Source: Lama guanicoe
Lineage: Eukaryota
Length of the DNA: 64,000 nt
Reading direction: 5' to 3'
Assembly (NCBI GenBank): GCA_013239625.1
Contig: MU054925.1
Coordinates: 8,622,018 to 8,686,017, forward strand
The position numbers and the translations under genes are program-made. How positions within the stretch are numbered: position 1 is the first letter of the stretch; each line of letters begins with the position of its first letter. Positions 59,931 through 64,000 of the stretch are shown in pieces. The notes beneath the pieces are model-generated. The model worked only from the letters and a program-made list of their open reading frames with translations, made no database searches and had not been told where the DNA came from.

Positions 59931-60479
59931 GACTATTTTCATATAAAGTAAGGCTACCTTATGAAGGATATGGGGATTAAAATAAACCAAAACAGCACAG
60001 TGAGGGAGGGTTTGTGTGTTAAGGACTAAAGAGAAGCCTCATTAAGTAGAACAGAGCTACATTCAATCCATTCTCGTACCAGTTCAGACAAGCTTGGGGA
60101 TCTGCCTCCTTTTGGGGAGTCACGCATTGCTCAGGTGTTGGTGTAACACACAGTGAACTTCTCTCTGCATTCCTGTCTCTGCCAGAACCTCTGCTGAGCA
60201 TCCTGCCCTGTGATCTTACCCCTGGTACTTGGATATGTTCCAGTCCATGGCTCCGGGGAAGAGATGGAGACAGGAAACACTATTTTTGAGTTCATCAGAG
60301 TAGAAGTATGCCCCTGCAGCAAGACATGGTTCACTCTAATTTGCATTCAAGACTAAATTATGTCTGGTGATTGGGTAGATGTCGTGGAAGCAGGATGTGG
60401 TATCTCCATGCTGTGCCCAACAAAATTGGGTTCGGTTAATCCTTGCTTAATGGTCTCTGATGGGTGTTCAACACCCCGC

Positions 60480-60910
60480 CCCAGGGTCCTGCACACTCTG
60501 GCCCCAGCCCACCTCTCTCCTTTCTCCCAGGCCCACTTGTGGGTGGGTTTCCCTAAATACACATGGCTCCTTCCATCCTAAGCCCTTCACACCAGCTCCC
60601 CTCCCTGTCTCTGATGGACACTCTGTGCCAAGGGTTTTCATTGTGGCACCTTCTTCTGGTTCAAGTGTCCATCTTCAAAGAGACCTTCCTTGCAACCCAC
60701 TAAACCACCACAGTTCTCTCCATTCTTTTCTTCATGGGATGCATGGCTCCCTGAAATCGTCGATATTTATCTGTGAGTCTATTTTCTGTCTCCTCCTCCA
60801 GCATGGAAATTCTTTGAGGGAAGAAACCATGCCTGTCTGGCTCCCTGCTGAATATCCTGTGCCTGACACAGAGAAAGTGTTCAGTAAGTACTTTTGGAAG
60901 AAATGAGTGA
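60480..60910 (+). mobile_element. L2 3' fragment
   Basis: 'ttcaagtgtccatcttcaaagagaccttccttgcaaccc' and 'ctccctgctgaatatcctgtgcctgacacagagaaagtgttcagtaagtacttttggaagaaatgagtgaa'. Confidence 0.75.
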
Positions 60911-63900
60911 AAGACTGGCCATCTTCGTTATTAATAGACCGGGAGTCAGGAGCTGTGTCTTTTCATTCTCATTTACTCCTTACCAGCTCTGGGCCCTGAT
61001 TCAGTCCCTTTCTACTGAGTCTTGGGGTTTTGCCTGCTACACAGGACTGAGGAAGCTCCTCTCTTTCTTACAGAATGTCTTTGATGAGCAAATGAAATTC
61101 ACATGTGTGTGTCTAGGGACATACTTTATAGTAATGTGAATGATTATCAGGGGTGCAAACTAGGTTACAATTCCCATGTCAAATCACATTAGACCGGTTT
61201 TTCCAAGCCTCCCTGAGAGTCAGGCGTGAGATGCTCAGGCTGCGCTGTTCTAGGTGAGAAAGGGTGCAGCAATCCCTTAGTAACGTCTGCTTTGGGCCAG
61301 GGAGAGGGGACTAGAGGTGCGTGTGTCACATCTAAGTTATCTGTGCCAAAAAAAAAAAAGTCAAATATTAAAAGGCAAAAACTGATACTTTACAAACAGC
61401 TTCCTCAAGCTTTTAATGATGATCCTTCCAGAAACTAGGATTTGCTATGTTACTCTCCTCCCTCCACACTGTCACAATTTATTCCAGTGACCACATGACT
61501 TTTGTACTAAAAACTAATTATAAAAAGCTCTTCAAAGATTCCATCCTAGATTTAATATCATTACTAAAATTCTAACATTATATTTGCAAACCATCCAAAG
61601 AGAAAACGCAGAGGAGACAGGCAAGGAAGAGAAAACGTAAGTTTCCCATGGATTACAGTATGACTTGCCACAAAGTTAGCATTTTGACATGACCCAGGTC
61701 CCAGCTAGTAAAAGGCAGATCCACTCAACGAAACTAGGGTATTATTTATCTTTCCTTTTAAATGAAGCACAAATACATAAAGGGACATGTTCAGGGCTTC
61801 TCCTGTTTGCCTCCTCAGTAACCAACCATGGCCCTCCCTCTGATGCCACTATTCCATAATTGTGAAGGCACTGAGACAGATTTTAATTCATTTAATAATT
61901 AGGTCAATAAAAACCATTATAGCCGAGAGCTCCATTAAAAGTCCATAATGTTACCTTAATGGGGGGAAACACTAATACAGTTCTGTTGGAATTTTTCCAT
62001 GAAATTAATATTAGAGAATTTTAGTGGGTGTCTTAAATAGCTTCAATAGACGTTTTTATTAACAGAACTAATCATGGATTTAAAACAAACGAAAATCATT
62101 GCAGTTGCTATGATAAAGTATCTATGTTTGCAGGATTTTATCAGGCCAGTCCCTGTGAAGAACCTGAACCACAAGAGCAGTGCATCCAACTTCCTTGGAT
62201 CACTGCTGACGGCCCCCTGAGGCTGCCAATTGTGGTTGTCTCTTGAACAACATGGCTCCATTTCTCAGAGACTCTGGGCTGGGAAACAGTCCAGAATCAT
62301 AACCACGCAAATCAAAATCCTTCTCTCAAGTCCTCTCTTTGGTTGATAATATTAAACCCTCACACAATAGCTAAAACACCTGAAGCTGTCCCAAAAGAGC
62401 CAAGATGTGCAAGGCTGCCTGCCCCGCCCAGAGATGTCTGCTGCCCTCTACTTCACTAGCTTAACCACTGAAGGCAGAGGTTAAGATGAAGCAAAGCAGA
62501 CCCACGTACAGTGTTTCGGGATGTGGGCTGGGCAGCGGGAGGGAGGAAGAGTAAACCAAGGCTCACGCTCTCACCACACGGGTCCTATGATGCTGTGAGT
62601 TACTGAAACACACAAGGCCCCGTGTACGGCTGCATCCTTGCTTCTTGGGTACTGGCAACTGTTTTCATAATCCAATGCACCAGAGTGGATGAGGGCTCAG
62701 GGGTGACTGAAATGGATCAAAGGCCAAGGTCACACACAGATACACCGAAGGGCTTAACACACGGACAGGCTATCTGCTAAGATACGTAAAGCAGGCTGGC
62801 ACAGAGCAAGGCCTGCTCTTCAGTGGAAAGGGAGCCCTCTCAAAGGGCAACGGCACACAATCAAGGCCTTACTTCTCAGAACATTTGAAATATGAACAAG
62901 ACGGAGGCTTCTGCTCACCCCCAGCTACACTGGTGTGCGCTCAGAAAGCTTACGCACGGCCCGCCATCCTGCACGTAAACACACCAGAGGGAAGGTGCCC
63001 ATCTCCACCTCTCACTCCATTTCCTTCCCTGGAAAGACTCCTGGGGAGGGGTTCGAAACACTAGGAAATCTCTTGAAATAGTTTTATTTTTACTCAGTTT
63101 TAAACAACATCTGTCAGAAAATTCCATCCTACAGCAAAAGGGTCTTCCTTTGAAGGTGCTTATCAGCTGATATACGTGCAACATACACAACCCATCAGCA
63201 GTTCAGGTGCCGAAGCAGGTCTTGGGAACCGGGGGTGCGCAGTAAGAACAAACAACTTCACTTGAGCTCCCTGACTTCGAATTCAGACTTGGTGCCCAGG
63301 AAGGCTCAGGCAGATCATTTTGGGCAAAGTTATAAAACCATGCCAAATGGAGAGAAAATATCTTAAGGCAAAAAATACACAACTCATGGCAGAATGAGTG
63401 CACTTTCCTTCTCAAGGTCTGTCATCTTCAGGGCACCAACAGATGGGACTAATCTGTGTTTTTGTGCGCGCGTGTGTGTGTGTGCAGGGGAAGTAGGAAA
63501 GGGAAAGTAAAAATAGCAATGCTGTGAGGACGGCAGTGGGATTCAGATTTGGAAACCCACCGGGACATGCTGCCCTGAAGCAAACAATTCCTGTACAGAA
63601 ATGTGATAGCTGGGAAGTCCTGTAAAAGAAAATTCTAGAATCACCCAACAAAGTTTATTTTGGAGGGGGGATATTGGAGAGAAGAGACTGTTTCTACAAT
63701 TTATTTCCTTTAGTTTGTGATATTATTGGGCATTAAGTTGGGATTCACTCTTCCTGTGGCAAGTACTTACTTTTGCTAAAATTGCCAAATATTCTCTGGA
63801 ACAGAGAATCTTATCAGAAAATTGATCTCTAATACATAAAGGCATCTTGCAAGAAATAAGTCCCTTTGGGGGGATTTTTTTTTTTTAATGGTTCACTGCA

Positions 63901-64000
63901 GGCCTTTCACAATCTCAGGGAAATTTGGAGATTGCTCAGATATTGTTTCCATGGGAAGAGAAAAAAAGAAACAGAGAGAGACATAATACTTGCGACTTCA

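Overview
Mammalian (eutherian) non-coding genomic DNA of moderate-to-high GC, with one 207-N assembly gap (25934-26140). I can support no protein-coding exon, tRNA, rRNA or known ncRNA. The ORF-track entries are chance ORFs or decayed LINE-1 fragments. The window is a mosaic of ancient interspersed repeats (MIR, L2, L1M, MaLR MLT1 solo LTRs, hAT elements MER5/MER20/MER33/MER53/MER58), one MER41-like ERV1 solo LTR and a small young L1 fragment. Between them are unique stretches rich in homeodomain (TAAT) and TCF/LEF motifs, which resemble the intron or gene desert of a developmental locus. The apparent absence of lineage-specific SINEs, plus the young L1 and MER41-like LTR, points tentatively to a cetartiodactyl, possibly a camelid (inference). 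The most notable structures seen directly in the sequence: (i) an 80-bp inverted duplicate (79/80 identical) of unique sequence at 34418-34497 and 39468-39547, with a 14-bp re-copied junction; (ii) an adjacent 178-bp tandem duplication (177/178 identical) at 34615-34970; (iii) five TCF/LEF ATCAAAG sites within 2 kb at 4953-6960; (iv) an orphan CpG island at about 52.3-53.15 kb; (v) a poly(A)-less internal young L1 piece between two oppositely oriented old L1 ORF1 remnants. Repeat family names come from recalled consensus sequences, not a database search, and boundaries are approximate unless stated. I found no evidence for a new coding system.
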